Source: the human T2T-CHM13v2.0 reference genome, Homo sapiens
Strand: one strand, 5' to 3'
DNA: 64,000 nt
Assembly: GCF_009914755.1 (NCBI RefSeq)
Contig: NC_060932.1
The notes beneath the pieces were generated by a model. The model had not been told where the DNA came from. It did no database searches and saw only the letters and a program-made list of their open reading frames with translations. The position numbers and the translations under genes are program-made. Within the stretch, counting starts at the first letter, position 1. Every line of letters starts with the position of its first letter. This document shows positions 1-13,175 of the stretch, piece after piece.

Positions 1-202
1 AAACATCACCCCTCAAAAAATCAAATATAAAAGGTGATCCTGTCATTGTGAGATTATTGAAATGCCCCAGGGTAGCATAAAGAAGAAGGCAGTGAGAGGG
101 AGGCAGCCAGAAGTTCTGGGAGCCCTGCCATGCAGTCCAGGTTCCATCTGTGGTCTGGCCCCGTGGGAGGCTGGTCCACTCCAGGTTATGTGTTAGCATA
201 GG

Positions 203-839
203 TGCAATACAGGAAGTAGAACAAAAACTATTTATGCAGATAATGAGGGCAAAGAGTCCTCAGCAGAACTTCCCTTGTAACACAAAAAAACCCCAAGAAA
301 TCACTTCTTTTCTAACAAAGAGCAGCCTGGAAGATCGGGCTGCAAACATAGATAAGCAAGCTAGAAGCTTACACAGGGGGATGCCAGCAGCTGCACAGAG
401 AGAAACGGCTACGTGGGGCCAGGCCTGTCCACCATGGGGCCCCACCTCTCCCCTAATCAGCACATGCACAGTAAGAAAGAAATGAGCAACATGCAGTAGC
501 TTAGGCTGAGGACCCACCTGCAAAATAAAAGACTGGAATGGGGGATCCCACAGATTCATGCCCTATGCAGATGGCACACCTGGTCCTAAACAGTTTTTCA
601 TGCCCTGTCTAGATCAGATACTGCCTCATGATTAGCTCGTCTATGAAAGCCCCTACATTCCACTTTGAGATGGCAACATTTTTTTTCTGGGACTCCTCTC
701 TGGAGTAGAAAGGTGTTCGCTTTGTTTCTCCTATGAAATTTCTGCTCTAAACCTCACCCTTAGTATGTCCGTGTCCTTGATTTCCTTGGGTGTGAGACCA
801 AGAACTCTGGGTGTCAAGCCAGACAATGAGGCCACTTCA
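203..839 (+). mobile_element. ERV1 solo LTR, LTR9-like
   Basis: Motifs ttttctaacaaagagcagcctg, gataagcaagctagaagctt, aataaaaga, gatggcacacctggtcc and the 3' end ccagacaatgaggccacttca resemble the recalled LTR9 consensus. Confidence 0.7.
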
Positions 840-1849
840 CATGATTCTGCATGGTGTCACTGGCTGGCTCTTCTGGGACATCAGCCAGGGTTTTAAGAAT
901 CTCCTGGCTATTGGCACACATTTTCACACCAATCTGTGTGTGTATGAGCGAGTGGTGACGATGGTGAGCTAGAAGAAAGATGGACTTGTGGCAACTCTCC
1001 TCCTCCTTCCTAAAACAGCTGTGTCTGACATTTCCTTGCCTGGTTTTTACCTCTCCTCCATATCCCAACCTTCCCCTCAGATGATCAGGACTTTAGATCA
1101 CCTTATTTGAGAAATGGACGTAGGTTCAACACAGGATTTGATGAGTGATTGCATTCATGCCGTTTGGTGTTATTGTAGATTTACTACGCCAAAATTTTAC
1201 ATTCTATTACTCTGAAACTGATCTGCAATTATAATTATAAAAAATAATATTCTCATCCTTATTCCAAACAATTTGCTTAAAATAACACTTTCAGTATGTC
1301 ATATCTATTGATCAATATATAGACAACATAATAATGGTGAAGACTGTAAACTTCTTGACATATAATCTATATCTGATTCACATTTGAAGTCATTAAAGCA
1401 CACAGCACAATGACCTACAGAAAATATAATTTCACACTGAGATCTATTTTTTAATCAATAGTAAATCATTACTAAATATAAACCATGACATAGCACATAT
1501 ACTTTCAAAGTATTATCATGTAGAGTCTCATACAATCACCTCATTTTATACATTCCCTTCTACTCATAACAAATTAAGTGAATAATGTGTTTTAAGGGCA
1601 AAGATGTCTAAAATACTTTGAGATAAACAGCTCGTAATTCATCCAATGTACCTTTCCATCACCATCTTGGCATGAAGGAAAAGCATGAAAGGACTTATTT
1701 TTGCAGAGGAAGAAATTTAAAGATCAAATTCTGTGCCAAAAATTGTACACAAAGAAAGAGCACCCTAAAACCAGATGCCTATTTTCTGTATTTCATTATT
1801 TTTATTGATAAGGATAGATTACATGACATCTACCTCTTACAAATGTTTA

Positions 1850-2090
1850 AATGCCCAATATAATATAATTAACTATAAACCGAGATTGTACAGCAGATCT
1901 CTAGAACTTATTCATCTTACATAAGAGAACTTTATACTCCTTGAACAGTGACTCCTCATTTCCCCCTCCCTGATAACAGTGGTTTGACTCTGTCAGCGTC
2001 TATGAGTTTAACTCCTTTAGATTCCTCATGTAAGTGGAATCATGAAGTATTTGTCCTGTGAGCAGCTTACTTCACTTAGCATCATGTGAT
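1850..2090 (-). mobile_element. L1M (L1MA/MB) 3' fragment
   Basis: cagatctctagaacttattcatct...tagattcctcatgtaagtggaatcatgaagtatttgtc...ttacttcacttagcat is the reverse complement of an old L1 3' end. Confidence 0.7.
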
Positions 2091-3510
2091 TCAAAGACAT
2101 CTCTCACTACTATGTCTATAAAGCAGGTTCACACACTGCTGTTGAATGAGAATCTCAGGGAAGCCCTTGCTTCCCTGAATCCACTCATCTGCATCTGGAA
2201 TCTCCCAGAGGCTCTGGGAGGCCCATGAGCTTCACTCCACTAACACTTATTTCACCACACGTGCCTCCACCGTGATGTATCATCCTGGAACTCAGTACTA
2301 AGCTCCAAGGTGCTTGAGGCATCTCTTTTACTTTCCTTACTCTTGTAACTATCACAAAACCTGGAAAACATGAAAGTTCACTTTTTTTCTCCCAAGTAGC
2401 TGTACAGTTAGAGATCTTAGTCTGTAGGTATCTACAATCGAAATCTTTCAGATGTATCAGCTCGTCATTCACCAAGAATCCCTTTGGTCCACCAATCACA
2501 TGAACTCTCTAAGGATAAGAGGGCACATGAAACAAAATTTTGTTTTGGCAATATTTATATTTTAAATCTACTTTTGCGGAAGAAGAATATTCTATGAATA
2601 AAAGTCATTGCTTGAAGTTACTAGTTTTGACTTCCTTTGAAATGATTGTTTTAGTATCTGAGGCTATGAGAGCCCATATTCCCCGCTCTCACTCATATGC
2701 ACTGTGAAATAACAAATACCCTTGAAGTAATTCCATCTCTTGGTGTTTCATCACTTACTCACTCCTGCAATGCCACGCCCTTTGCCTAGGTAGTCCAGAA
2801 GATCTGCATTCAATTATCTAACTCACTTATTAATCTTTGTTTTGAAAATTTATTAATTTCCTTCATCTTTACCTTGATGTAAGCTCCTTGGAGACCTGTT
2901 TTCCACACTCCTCTCAGTTCTCTTTAAATGCCGTGTTCAGGATTGCTTTGTAGACTCAGTTTAATGCCTCTTGATCTTCTCTCCTTTGTTTTGGGCAAAG
3001 TGCCTATCAGCATGTGAGGATCACACTTATGACACCCTCTCTCATGCTCAGCGATAAGTAGATATTTTTGGCTTTCTCAATTACAAAAAAAAAAAAAAAA
3101 AGAAAAACTTTTCAAAAATTAGTGTACAATCATTTACTTTCAGTGACTGATCTAAAAGTTGTGTTTCCTAAGGGCTTTTCTGCTAGATGTCAGTTGGTAT
3201 CTTGGGAATGCCATTTCCATAGCCAAACAATTTTAGAAAACCATTGTGTACATCCTTTTTCATTCTTCTAGTCCCAGAGCCTTTAAGCAACAACTGCATA
3301 AGCATCCAGGTTGAGCATATGGCATCTTAAAGCTAAGATTACTTTATTTCCTTGTTACAAATTTCTCACACAACATTTTCTTTGGGTCACATTTTGGGAA
3401 ACGTTGCTCTTTTGCCTAGATGTATTCATCAACCATCTGGGAGCTACTTGGTACAAATGGTTTAGTCCAGAATTCAAGTAAAAGATAGCCAGGGTTACTG
3501 TAAGACATGT

Positions 3511-3818
3511 ATTTACTTATTTATTTATTTATTGACAGCATCTGGCTTTGTCGCCCAGGCTGGAGTGCAGTGGTGCAATCAGAACTCACCGTAGCATTCA
3601 ACTCCTGGGCTTAAGCCAGTCTCCTGCCTCAGCCTACTGAGTAGTTGGGACTACAGGGTGTACCAACATAGTCAGCTAATATTTTTTTTTTTTAATTTAT
3701 ATAGAGACAGGGTCTCACCATGGTGCCCATGCTGGTCTCAAACTCCTGGCCTGAAATGATCCTTCTGTTTCAGCCTCCCAAGCTCTAGGATTACAGGCAT
3801 GAGCCACCGCACCCAGCC
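3511..3818 (-). mobile_element. AluJ element
   Basis: (TTTA)n tail, gtcgcccaggctggagtgcagtgg, aactcctgggcttaagc (J-type), ends gagccaccgcacccagcc. Confidence 0.9.
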
Positions 3819-4027
3819 ACTGTGGGAAGCTAATGACAGACGACACTGAAATAGTTATTCAAGCTTTTGGCCGTACTTTCTATCTTTCTATATACCATGC
3901 TGAGTCACTATAGGAAGAACCTGAGTCCAGAGGACAGAAATGGAAATAAAAGTGTGAACCCTGACACCTGCAGCCTGACCTCAAGGGGTCTTCCCTCCGG
4001 TTCCATCCACATTGCTGCAAAAGCCTC

Positions 4028-4265
4028 CATGTTCTCACTTATAAGTGGGAGCTAAATATGTATGCACATGGACATAGAGTGTGACCTGTAAGACCACGGA
4101 GACTTGGAAGGGGGCTGGTGGGTAGGAAGAAGAAGGATGAGAAATTACTTAATGAGAAATAACTTAATGGGTATAATGTACCTTATTCAAGTAACAGATA
4201 CCCTAAAAGCTCTGTCTTAACCACTACAAAATCTATGCATGTAACAAAATTGCACTTGTACCCCT
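4028..4265 (+). mobile_element. L1 3' UTR fragment (L1PB/L1MA-like)
   Basis: catgttctcacttataagtgggagctaa...gcatgtaacaaaattgcacttgtacccc. Confidence 0.8.
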
Positions 4266-5203
4266 CATTGCTTTTTTGTTAATCCAAGTAAACTTGATTT
4301 TAACCTTCAATTATGTAGTGCTTGGCAGTTCACACCTTCCCACATGCTTTGAAAATTCCCAAGGGCTGGATTCCTTGCAGTTTCCTCTCCCACCAGTTTT
4401 TGTATATGAAGTGTGGTATTTGGCCCTGTTGTAGGTAGAACTCTAGGCTGGCCACTAAGCTTCCCCCTCCTGGTGGATGCTGCTTCAAGGCTAGCAGGAG
4501 AAGCCCCCACCAGTCGGTTACAGTTATATGACAGAGGGCCATCCAGGGAGGGACTCTCCCAGCAACTTGAAACAAAAAGTGACCTCCTCAAGCCAGCGAC
4601 CACGCTGTCATAGTCACAGGTCCTGGCCATACACAAGTAGAGATGTCCCCAAGTAGCTGATAAATATTATCATTGTTTTTATGATACCAAGCTGTGATAT
4701 CCGGATCATCAACTGTCATTACATAGGAGAGCACGGGGCTTTCAGCAGACGTATCCAGAGCACTGTAGGTTTGCTTTTCAAGACTCGAAGCATCAATATT
4801 AATTTATAAATGAGCTGAGTTAATAAGTTTGTGTGTATGACAGCAACTTGTACTTAAACTAATTATTTTACAACATATTTAAAATGGCAGCCTGTGGCTT
4901 CAATTAATGTTAACACTTAAGTGAGGGTGTCAGAATTCCATGACCATTGATTCTACTACGTGCAACTGTAGAGGAAGAATGGGCTTAGAGTCAGAAAGCA
5001 GGTTCACCAATGGGCTGAGTGAAGTTGGGCCAGGTTTCCTCTTTGATTAATGGGGATTATGTTTTTTCCTCTCCAGGGTATCTTCGAGGATTGGCCTCCA
5101 TGAGAAGGATGAGCCTGGTTCCTGGTAGAAATTCAGTACTTGGTAGTCACTGTCTCCATCATGAATAGTGTGAACAGAAACGGTAATTCAGAAGTGTGAG
5201 CTG

Positions 5204-5223
5204 TCACTACCATCTAGTGGCAG
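5204..5223 (-). promoter_or_regulatory. CTCF-like motif
   Basis: Reverse complement contains GCCACTAGATGGTAGT, one mismatch from the CTCF core CCACTAGATGGCAG. Confidence 0.4.
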
Positions 5224-5549
5224 TGGTCAGAAGTGTAGGCACAGAGCAATAGGATCTGTGCCCTCAGAGCAGCCTCCCTCCTCCGGTCTTGCAGGTGGCA
5301 GGAGCCCCAATACCCAAAAGTGTCCATTGTGTGGAAGGGACTAAGTCATCTCTTCAGCACCGGGAATGCTGTTAGGTTTGTGCCATCCTTGGGTGTTCGG
5401 TCCCACGGTCCGTGTTCTGTGGCTCAGATAAGAATCCCAGGTAGAGAAAATTAAATCTAGTTTAGAAGGATTTATTGTACGATTGCCCTAGTCGTCAGTA
5501 GAGTCAGTATTTACTGGGAGCTTTCACATGCAACATTGTGCAACAATAG

Positions 5550-5868
<319 letters not shown>

Positions 5869-6802
5869 CGCAAACTCTTGCTTATATGACTCATATTCCT
5901 ATCACCTGTATGAGTTTTTATTGTTGTTTAGTGTACTTTTTTTATACATCATAAGTTATCATGCAACAGACACAAATACTACACCTGTTGCATTCCAAAA
6001 ATTGATATGTTAGCTAATTGTAACATAATAAAATATGTAAAGTGATTTCCTCAGGAATTTAAGACATTGGTTCATAAATGTTTGGACAAACCCCCTAAAA
6101 GAATCCTTCTTTTAAACATTAATATTTGCATGTTTGTTTTAGATAGCTCTATTATTCTGATAATGTAATGATGGAAATTGTGTTTCCTTTAATGAAATTT
6201 ATGTAGCATCATTTATTTCAGGCAAATTACATATATTCATTTACAATACTTTGTATTTGCAAAAATCATATATCACTTCATACATTATCAAGAATCAAAA
6301 GTTTTTAACTATTTTATTTAGGACAGTAAAACAAGAACACTTCACCAATTAAAGAGTCTCATCCATAGCACTTGGCACAAACTTGGTCAAATGTTACAGA
6401 CACAATAAATACTTCTAAATTAATTCAGGAGCCTCTTCTCCCATATTTCATTGTTGATGTTCCTTTTACTTCTCTTGGATAGAGAATAATGAGTGTTTCT
6501 CCTATTAAAGTTGTTTATTCACTCAGGGTATCGTTTATTCTTCTATTTATCATATCCTCATTAGAGAAAGGGCTTTCCTACAAGACTGTGGTAAACCCTT
6601 TTATGCTAGATGTGCAGAACCTGATGGTCAATGACCCGATCCTATGCACAGAGTTTTTAAAAGAGTGTTTCAAGTTTATAAACCAAACGATTGCACATGG
6701 ACTTCTAGATTTACATCTTTACTTGAAAAATTACATGACGGATCAACTACACCTTGCATTTCATTCCCACTAGCACCATCAGCTGGAACTGAGTAGCAAT
6801 GG

Positions 6803-7140
6803 CACACCTGAGATGCCTCACCTGAGATGCTTCACCTTCAGTGGTGCACCTGATATGCTTCACCTGAGATGGTACACGTGCGATGCCTCATCTGAGATTA
6901 TGCAACTGACATGCTTCACCTGGGATGATGCACCTGGGATTCCACACCTGGGCTGGTGCACCTGAGATGCCTCACCTAAAATGGTGCACTTGAGATGCCT
7001 CACCTGAGATGATGCACCTGAGATGCCTCACCTAAGATGATACACCTGAGATGCCTCACCTGCGATGCCTCACCTGAGATGCCCCACCTGCGATGCCTCG
7101 CCTGCGATGCCGCACTTGAGCTGGCTAACCTGAGTTGCCT
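6803..7140. repeat. 14-bp minisatellite (CACCTGAGATGCCT / CACCTGAGATGGTG), ~23-24 degenerate copies
   Basis: Period of 14 is directly visible; two unit types alternate, giving a 28-bp higher-order period. Confidence 0.92.
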
Positions 7141-7379
7141 CCCCTGTGATTGTGTGCCCACAAAAGTGAGCCCCATTCCCCACCACTCAACAAAGGTATA
7201 GAGCTTTCCTCTTTTTGTTGCCAGACTGGCCTTTTCTTCCTTAGCAACGTGGCATGGCCTGCCATCTTTGATTGCCCCTTTTCCGTCACGTGCACTTGCG
7301 ATTCATCAGCAGTCACACAGCTCTACATGTATCCTACTCGGGAAGCCACACTTCTCCACTTGCACCAAGAGCCTGGTGG

Positions 7380-8070
7380 AAGGCAATGTCTCCTCTCACC
7401 TGGAGTGCTGCTGCGGTCTTCCTAAGTGTTCCTAGTTGTTCTCTGCTCCCACTCTTGCTTCACCTACACACCATGCTGCACACAGCCGCCAGAGCAACGT
7501 TTGTGAGACCCCAATGTCATCAAAGCATCTCCCTTCTAGAAATCCTGCAGCAGCATCTCATTGAAGTGAAAATAAAATCCAAACACATTAGGACAGCCTG
7601 AAACACCCAGAGATGGCCTCTCCTCCATCACTGAGCCACGTCTCTTACAGTCTTGCCCCAGTCCCTTTCCCTGCACCCGCGGATAGCAGGGACCGCTTGT
7701 CTTTCCCTTCCACATACCAAGATGTTCTGGCCGCAGGGCTCTTGCATTTGCTGTAATTTAGGTCTGGAAGGATGTTCGCAAGGCTGCCTCATGTGTATCA
7801 TTAATCCTTCAGTCACTCTCTCCTGGGCGGATTTAGATTAAATGGTTGTCTTCCCCCTACTGCCTACCTCCCACCCCCAAGCCAATCCCAGCTCTTTCTC
7901 TACTCCTGGTTTTGCCTTCTGGGCAACACCTTTACTATAAGAAGTATATACATATTATTTGTTTCCAGGCTAATGCCTTCACCCATTAGATTATACATCA
8001 TGATGACAGTTGGGTTTATGTGTGTTCTAATCTGCATCTCCAGAGCCTAAAACACAGCTACACATGTGCA
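7380..8070 (+). mobile_element. L2 fragment
   Basis: ctctcacctgga...cccactcttgc...cacacagccgccagag...aataaaatccaaac...gcagggctcttgcatttgctg, typical of the L2 3' region. Confidence 0.65.
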
Positions 8071-8947
8071 TTATATTATGAAGCCCACAAAGGTTCTCAT
8101 TTTAAACGTGCAAGGAAAAGCGTGATTCAGAAGTTGTAACACTTCGCCAAGAATTGAAGCGAAACACAGCTCTGCCCCTCTAAATCCCAGCAAGCCTCCC
8201 TCCCCCATCCCTCACTGTTGGGTGACCTTGTCACCCACTAAGAACCAAATCAAGTGTGGGATAACAGTGTTTAAAATTAAAAACATATCACACATTGAAA
8301 ACAAGAATCTCTAGCCCTTTCTTTATGATAAAAAAAAAAAAAAACACAAGAAAGAAAATGCCTACAAAAAAGGAAAGAAAACTCTAGACGTGTTAAGGTG
8401 CCGTGGAAAATCTGGTGGATAATTTTGTTCGACCAAACGAACTTAGAAAACGGCTTCCCTTTGAATTTAGACACAATTGCTTCATGGATAGACCATAACT
8501 TCTCTGTTTCCCATAAATTGTAGCTAGTTTGAGAAACAGTCTTCTAAAGCCTGCTTATATTTGCATCTCCAGTAAAACAGGGCTGCTTCTGTTGTGTCTG
8601 CTGCTGTGTGCACCACACTGCAATCTCTGATTGGCTCATAAATAGGCTTCTCTGTGATTCTAGTTGCTTGTAGACTTGTTTACGGTCACAGTTTCAATAC
8701 TTGGAAATTAAACTGAACTGAGTGTAACACAGTGACAGTTTAGTCTTGAAAAAAAACCTTATTCCAATGTTTTAGGCTTATTAAACAATGAATTTTAACC
8801 AGCACTTCCTGATTCAACTTACTTGCAAAACAACCTCCTCATTTGGCAAACAGAGTTGAATAGGTGATAACTCTTCTTAGAAATACCTGGAAATCTTGCA
8901 TCACAACAGTGCCCTATACAGAATCTCCTTTAAAATCAAGTACAGCT

Positions 8948-10160
8948 CAAGGTGGATTCAAGACTTAAATGTAAAACCCAAAACTATAAAAACCCTAGAA
9001 TAAAATCAAGGCAATACTATTCAGGACATAGTCACGGGCAACGAATTCATGACAAAAATGTCAAAAGCAATTACAACAAAAGTAAAAACTGACAAATGGG
9101 ATCTAATTAAAGTAAAGAGCTTCTGCACGACAAAAGAAACTATCATCTGAGTGAACAGACAACCTACAGAATGGGAGAAAATTTTTGCAATCTATCCATC
9201 TGACAAAGGGCTAATATCCAGAATCTACAAGGAACTCAAACAAATTTACAAGAAAAAAAACAAACAATCCCATTAAAAAGTGAGCAAAAGACATGAACAG
9301 ACACTTCTCAAAAGAAGACATCCATGCAGTCAACAAACATGAAAAAAAGCTCAACATCACTGATAAGTAAAGAAGTGCAAATCAAAACCACAATGAGATC
9401 ATTTCATGCCAGTCAGATCACAATTATTAAAAAGTCAAGAAACAACAGATGCCGGCGAGGCTGTGGAGAAACAGAAACTCTTTTACACTGTTGGTGGGAA
9501 TGTAACTTAGTTCAACCATTGTGGAGGACAGTGTGGTGATTCCTCAAAGATCTAGAACCAGAAATACCATTTGACCCAGCAATCCCATTACTGGGTATAT
9601 ACCCAAAGGAATATAAATCACTCTATTATAAAGATACATGCACATGTATGTTCACTGCAGCACTATTCACAACAGCAAAGACATGGAATCAACCCAAATG
9701 TCCATCAATGACAGACTGGATAAAGAAAATGTGGTAGATATACACCATGGAATGCTATGCAGCCATAAGAAGGAATGAGATCACGTGCTTTGCAGGAACA
9801 TGGATGAAACTGGAAGCCATTACCCTCAAAGTAATGCAGGAACAGAAAACCAAATACTGCATGTTCTCACTTATAAGTGGGAGCTGAACAATGAGAACAC
9901 ATGGACACAGGGAAAGGAACAACATGCACTGGGGCCTGTTGAGGGGAGCTGGGGAGGGAGAGCATCAGGATGAATAGCTAATACGTGTGGGGCTTAATAC
10001 CTAGGTGATGGGTTGATAGGTGTAACAAACCACCATGGTTCATGTTTACCGAAATAACAAATCTGCACCTCCTGCACATCTATTCTGGAACTCAAAATAA
10101 AAATTAAAAAAATATGAGAATAAATTAAATATATATAATAAAAAATAAAATAAAAATAAA
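8948..10160 (+). mobile_element. 5'-truncated L1PA (older primate subfamily): ORF2 end, 3' UTR and A-rich tail
   Basis: gacttaaatgtaaaacccaaaactataaaaaccctagaa...ccatttgacccagcaatcccattactggg...ggcttaatacctaggtgatggg, then an A-rich tail. The ORF fragment 9324-9539 (KTTMR...CWWEC.LVQPLWRTVW) is an ORF2p remnant. Confidence 0.93.
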
Positions 10161-10372
10161 ATACTCTAAAAATGGGTCATGATTTTTACAGGTAGACGTT
10201 CTTCACTAATCAAATTAATCAAAATATTTTATTTGGACACCCTATAATTAGTACTAGTTCAGAAAATTCATTTTTCTTTATCAACAATTAAAAATTATAA
10301 AATATTATATAAATATATATAAACAAAATAATATCAACTACAGCTGTTCTTTTTAAAAAACAAAAAATTTGT

Positions 10373-10595
10373 GCTGGGCATGATGGCTTGCACCTGCAAT
10401 TCCAACACTTTGATGTTAGGAGTTCGAGACCAGCCTGGCCAAAATGGCAAAACCCCATCTCTACTCAAAATACAAACATTAGCTGGGCGTGGTGGCTTGT
10501 ACACCCAGGAGGTGGAGGTTGGAGTGAGCCTAGATGGAGCCACTGCTCTCCAGTCTCGGCAACAGGGACTCCATTTCGAAAAAAAGGAAAAAATA
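10373..10595 (+). mobile_element. Alu with two internal deletions
   Basis: Left arm jumps from cactttg to aggagttcgagacc; right arm jumps from ggtggc to acccaggagg; A tail; flanks aaaaatttgt / aaaaatatttgt. Confidence 0.85.
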
Positions 10596-10854
10596 TTTGT
10601 TGTTAATTATCTACTTCCACCTATGTGCACCCGTATTATTTATTTTACTGTGCTCTATAGTCTTTAAAAAATTCAACAGAGACTCTTTTATTTCCTATGG
10701 AAATCCCTTTAAAGTTACATTATTACAAAATACTTCAAAACTAAGAGTCTTGCTTGACCTTAATATTGATACTTACCTCTTATTAATCAATGACTATTTG
10801 TGACATACTGTCATAAATTCTTTACTCTTTTATGTCATCTGAAGATGGTTCATT

Positions 10855-10914
10855 CATTCAGATGGTTCATTCAGAATCTTCAATCATTCAGATGGTTCAT
10901 TCAGAATCTTCAAT
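10855..10914. repeat. Perfect 30-bp tandem duplication
   Basis: cattcagatggttcattcagaatcttcaat x2, plus a partial copy at 10843-10856. Confidence 0.95.
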
Positions 10915-11184
10915 TCTGAAGATAGGTAATTAGTTATTTTATTTTACAAATATATTTTAGCACCTACCCTGTTCCAGATACCGTTCTACGATTGGATGTG
11001 CGTTAGGGAATGAAACTGACAGTCTCTGACCTTGCTTTCTTTCTCAGGCAGGGAAAAAGCAATAAATCAGTGACTACATCCTGTGTCAGATGCTGGCAGG
11101 GACTGGGAAGGAACACGGAACAGGGTTATAGACAGGAAAGAGCGTACGTGCTGTGAGCAGGCCTGGCCTCCTTGAATTCTATGC

Positions 11185-11659
11185 TGTATGGAGATACATA
11201 GGAGGTAACACAGGACAGTTCAGATGTGTTTCTCCCCCTATTCTTGCTCAAATGTCTCAAGAATAACTGTCAAATGTGCTGGGGATGCTGTAGGTTGAGG
11301 TAAGAAGGAGCTGAATGGAACAGCTTGGACTCTCTTCCAGTCTTTCCCCAGGACAGGATATCCTTCGATGCTTTAGCTAAGCAAGATCCATAACCCTGGG
11401 GTACAAAGCCCAGGGAGAGCTGCTTTCCCGTGTCCCTCAGCTACGGTGCAAGTGGGGCTCATGCGGTGGAGACACCGTCCTCCCCAGGCAGCTCTCCTGA
11501 GACTTGGGGGACCCGCTGGCAGTGAATATGGGGCTCCTCTTCCTCCCTGCTGCCCATCTGTGAGTAAAATCCCACTTCATGGCACCTGCTGTTTGTGGGT
11601 GTGTTCTGTCTCGCTGGGCTCAGACAAGTTGACAACCAGTGCAAAGGGAACCTGCTTCA
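11185..11659 (+). mobile_element. LTR47-family solo LTR
   Basis: aaatgtctcaagaataactgt, ccctcagctacggtgcaagtgggg, ctcagacaagttgacaaccagtgcaaagggaacctgcttca match recalled LTR47; ATGC flanks both ends (possible TSD). Confidence 0.75.
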
Positions 11660-12635
11660 TGCATCGTGAGCAAATCTGTGCATCCTGAAGGATGATCCCA
11701 GACAGAGAGAAGGACAAAAGTCAATACCCTGAGACCCAGGCATGCTTGATGCTTTTGAGAAACTGGTAAGTCTTAGCAGCAAGGGAGGTGGGAGAAGCCC
11801 AGGATGTGACGTAGAGCAGAGGTGAGGCATGTTTTACAGAGGACATCGGAGAACATTATTAGAATAATTTATGTTTTTAGGGAGTGAGGTGAAAAGTCAC
11901 TGGGGATTTTGAGCAAACTAGAGATATAAACTGACTTTTGAAAATAATCACTCGTTTCTGTGTTGAGAACAGAATGAACAGGGGCAAGTGCAGAAGGGCA
12001 GAAATGAGTTAGGAGAGATTTGCAATAATCTAGGCAAGCAGTGATGATTGCCGAGACTGGCAATTAACTGTGGAAATGGGAGGATGGCTGGATCCCCAAC
12101 ATGATGGAAAATGAACAGAGTGTATGGGTCTGCTGATGAATGTGGGGTATGAGAACAAAAGAAGGATTAAATATAAGTATAATAATTTTCAGCCTAAATA
12201 ACTGAAAAAAAAAAAGAATTGCCATTTTCTAAGAAGAAAAGAGTGTGAGAGGAACAGGTTTTGTAGAGGAGACCCAGAGTTTGCTTTTAGACATGCTGTG
12301 TTTGAGATGTCTGTTGGACACTTAGTGGAGATGTCATGTGGACAATTCACTGTTTGCAGTCTGAGTTCAGAGTCTGAATAGGAACATTTTGGTAGAGGTT
12401 AGCAGATGGATTGTATTTGAAGCTGCAGGATCAGAGTCAGGACAGATGAAGAAAATGAGGATGTGGAGCACCCTGAGAACTCCAGTGTTTACAGGAAGAG
12501 ACAGGAAGTGGCCAAAGCAAAGCAACTGAGAAAGCAGAAAGAGTCAGATAGGAAGGGGATCAAGAAGCAGAGTCTAAGTAGGTAATAAAACAGTCTTCCA
12601 CAGGTGAAGTGTCCAGTGCTAACCACAGGCCAAGG

Positions 12636-13175
12636 TGTGAGAGGTGTTTGAACCAGAGCGACTCCATCTTGAGTGAGGGCTTGGTAAAACGAGCCTGGGA
12701 CGTGCTGGGCTGCATCCCTAGAAAGTTATGTATTCCTAGCCTCTAGAGGTTCATGGTTAAGGGAAGAGATTGATAACGTTTACTAAACAGACCCAAAATT
12801 AAAAGTGCCCCGACATCCTGATACCTTGAAAAAAGAGCGTTCTTAATTTTGCTTTAAAGAAAATAATATAGATTCTTGCAAAATATAGTAATTCAGAAAA
12901 TTAATCCTTTATCACAAACCCTTGTAGCAAAGAACATCTCCCCTGATCTTTTTTCATCCTATATACGAACAAGCATTTTACCTGGGATGGAGGCGTTCTT
13001 TCTCTTACTCTCGGGAACGCCTTACTCTGTCCATGGAGTAGCTTGCTCTTTCCCAGTTGACGTTCTGAATAAACTTGCCTTTGCTTTTGCACTGTGGACT
13101 CGCCCTGAATTGTTTCTTGCATGAGATCCAAGAACCCTCTCTTAGGGTCTGGATTGGGATCCCTTTCCAGTAACA
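12636..13175 (+). mobile_element. MER41 (MER41C-like) solo LTR, ERV1
   Basis: TG...CA termini (tgtgagaggtgtttgaaccagagcgactccatcttg ... ccctttccagtaaca), internal AATAAA, and a perfect 4-bp TSD AAGG at 12632-12635 and 13176-13179. Confidence 0.92.

Noticed and set aside
10768-10790. AG|GTAAGT on the minus strand as a recursive splice site
   Set aside because: No polypyrimidine tract before the AG; isolated donor-like sequences are expected by chance in 40 kb.
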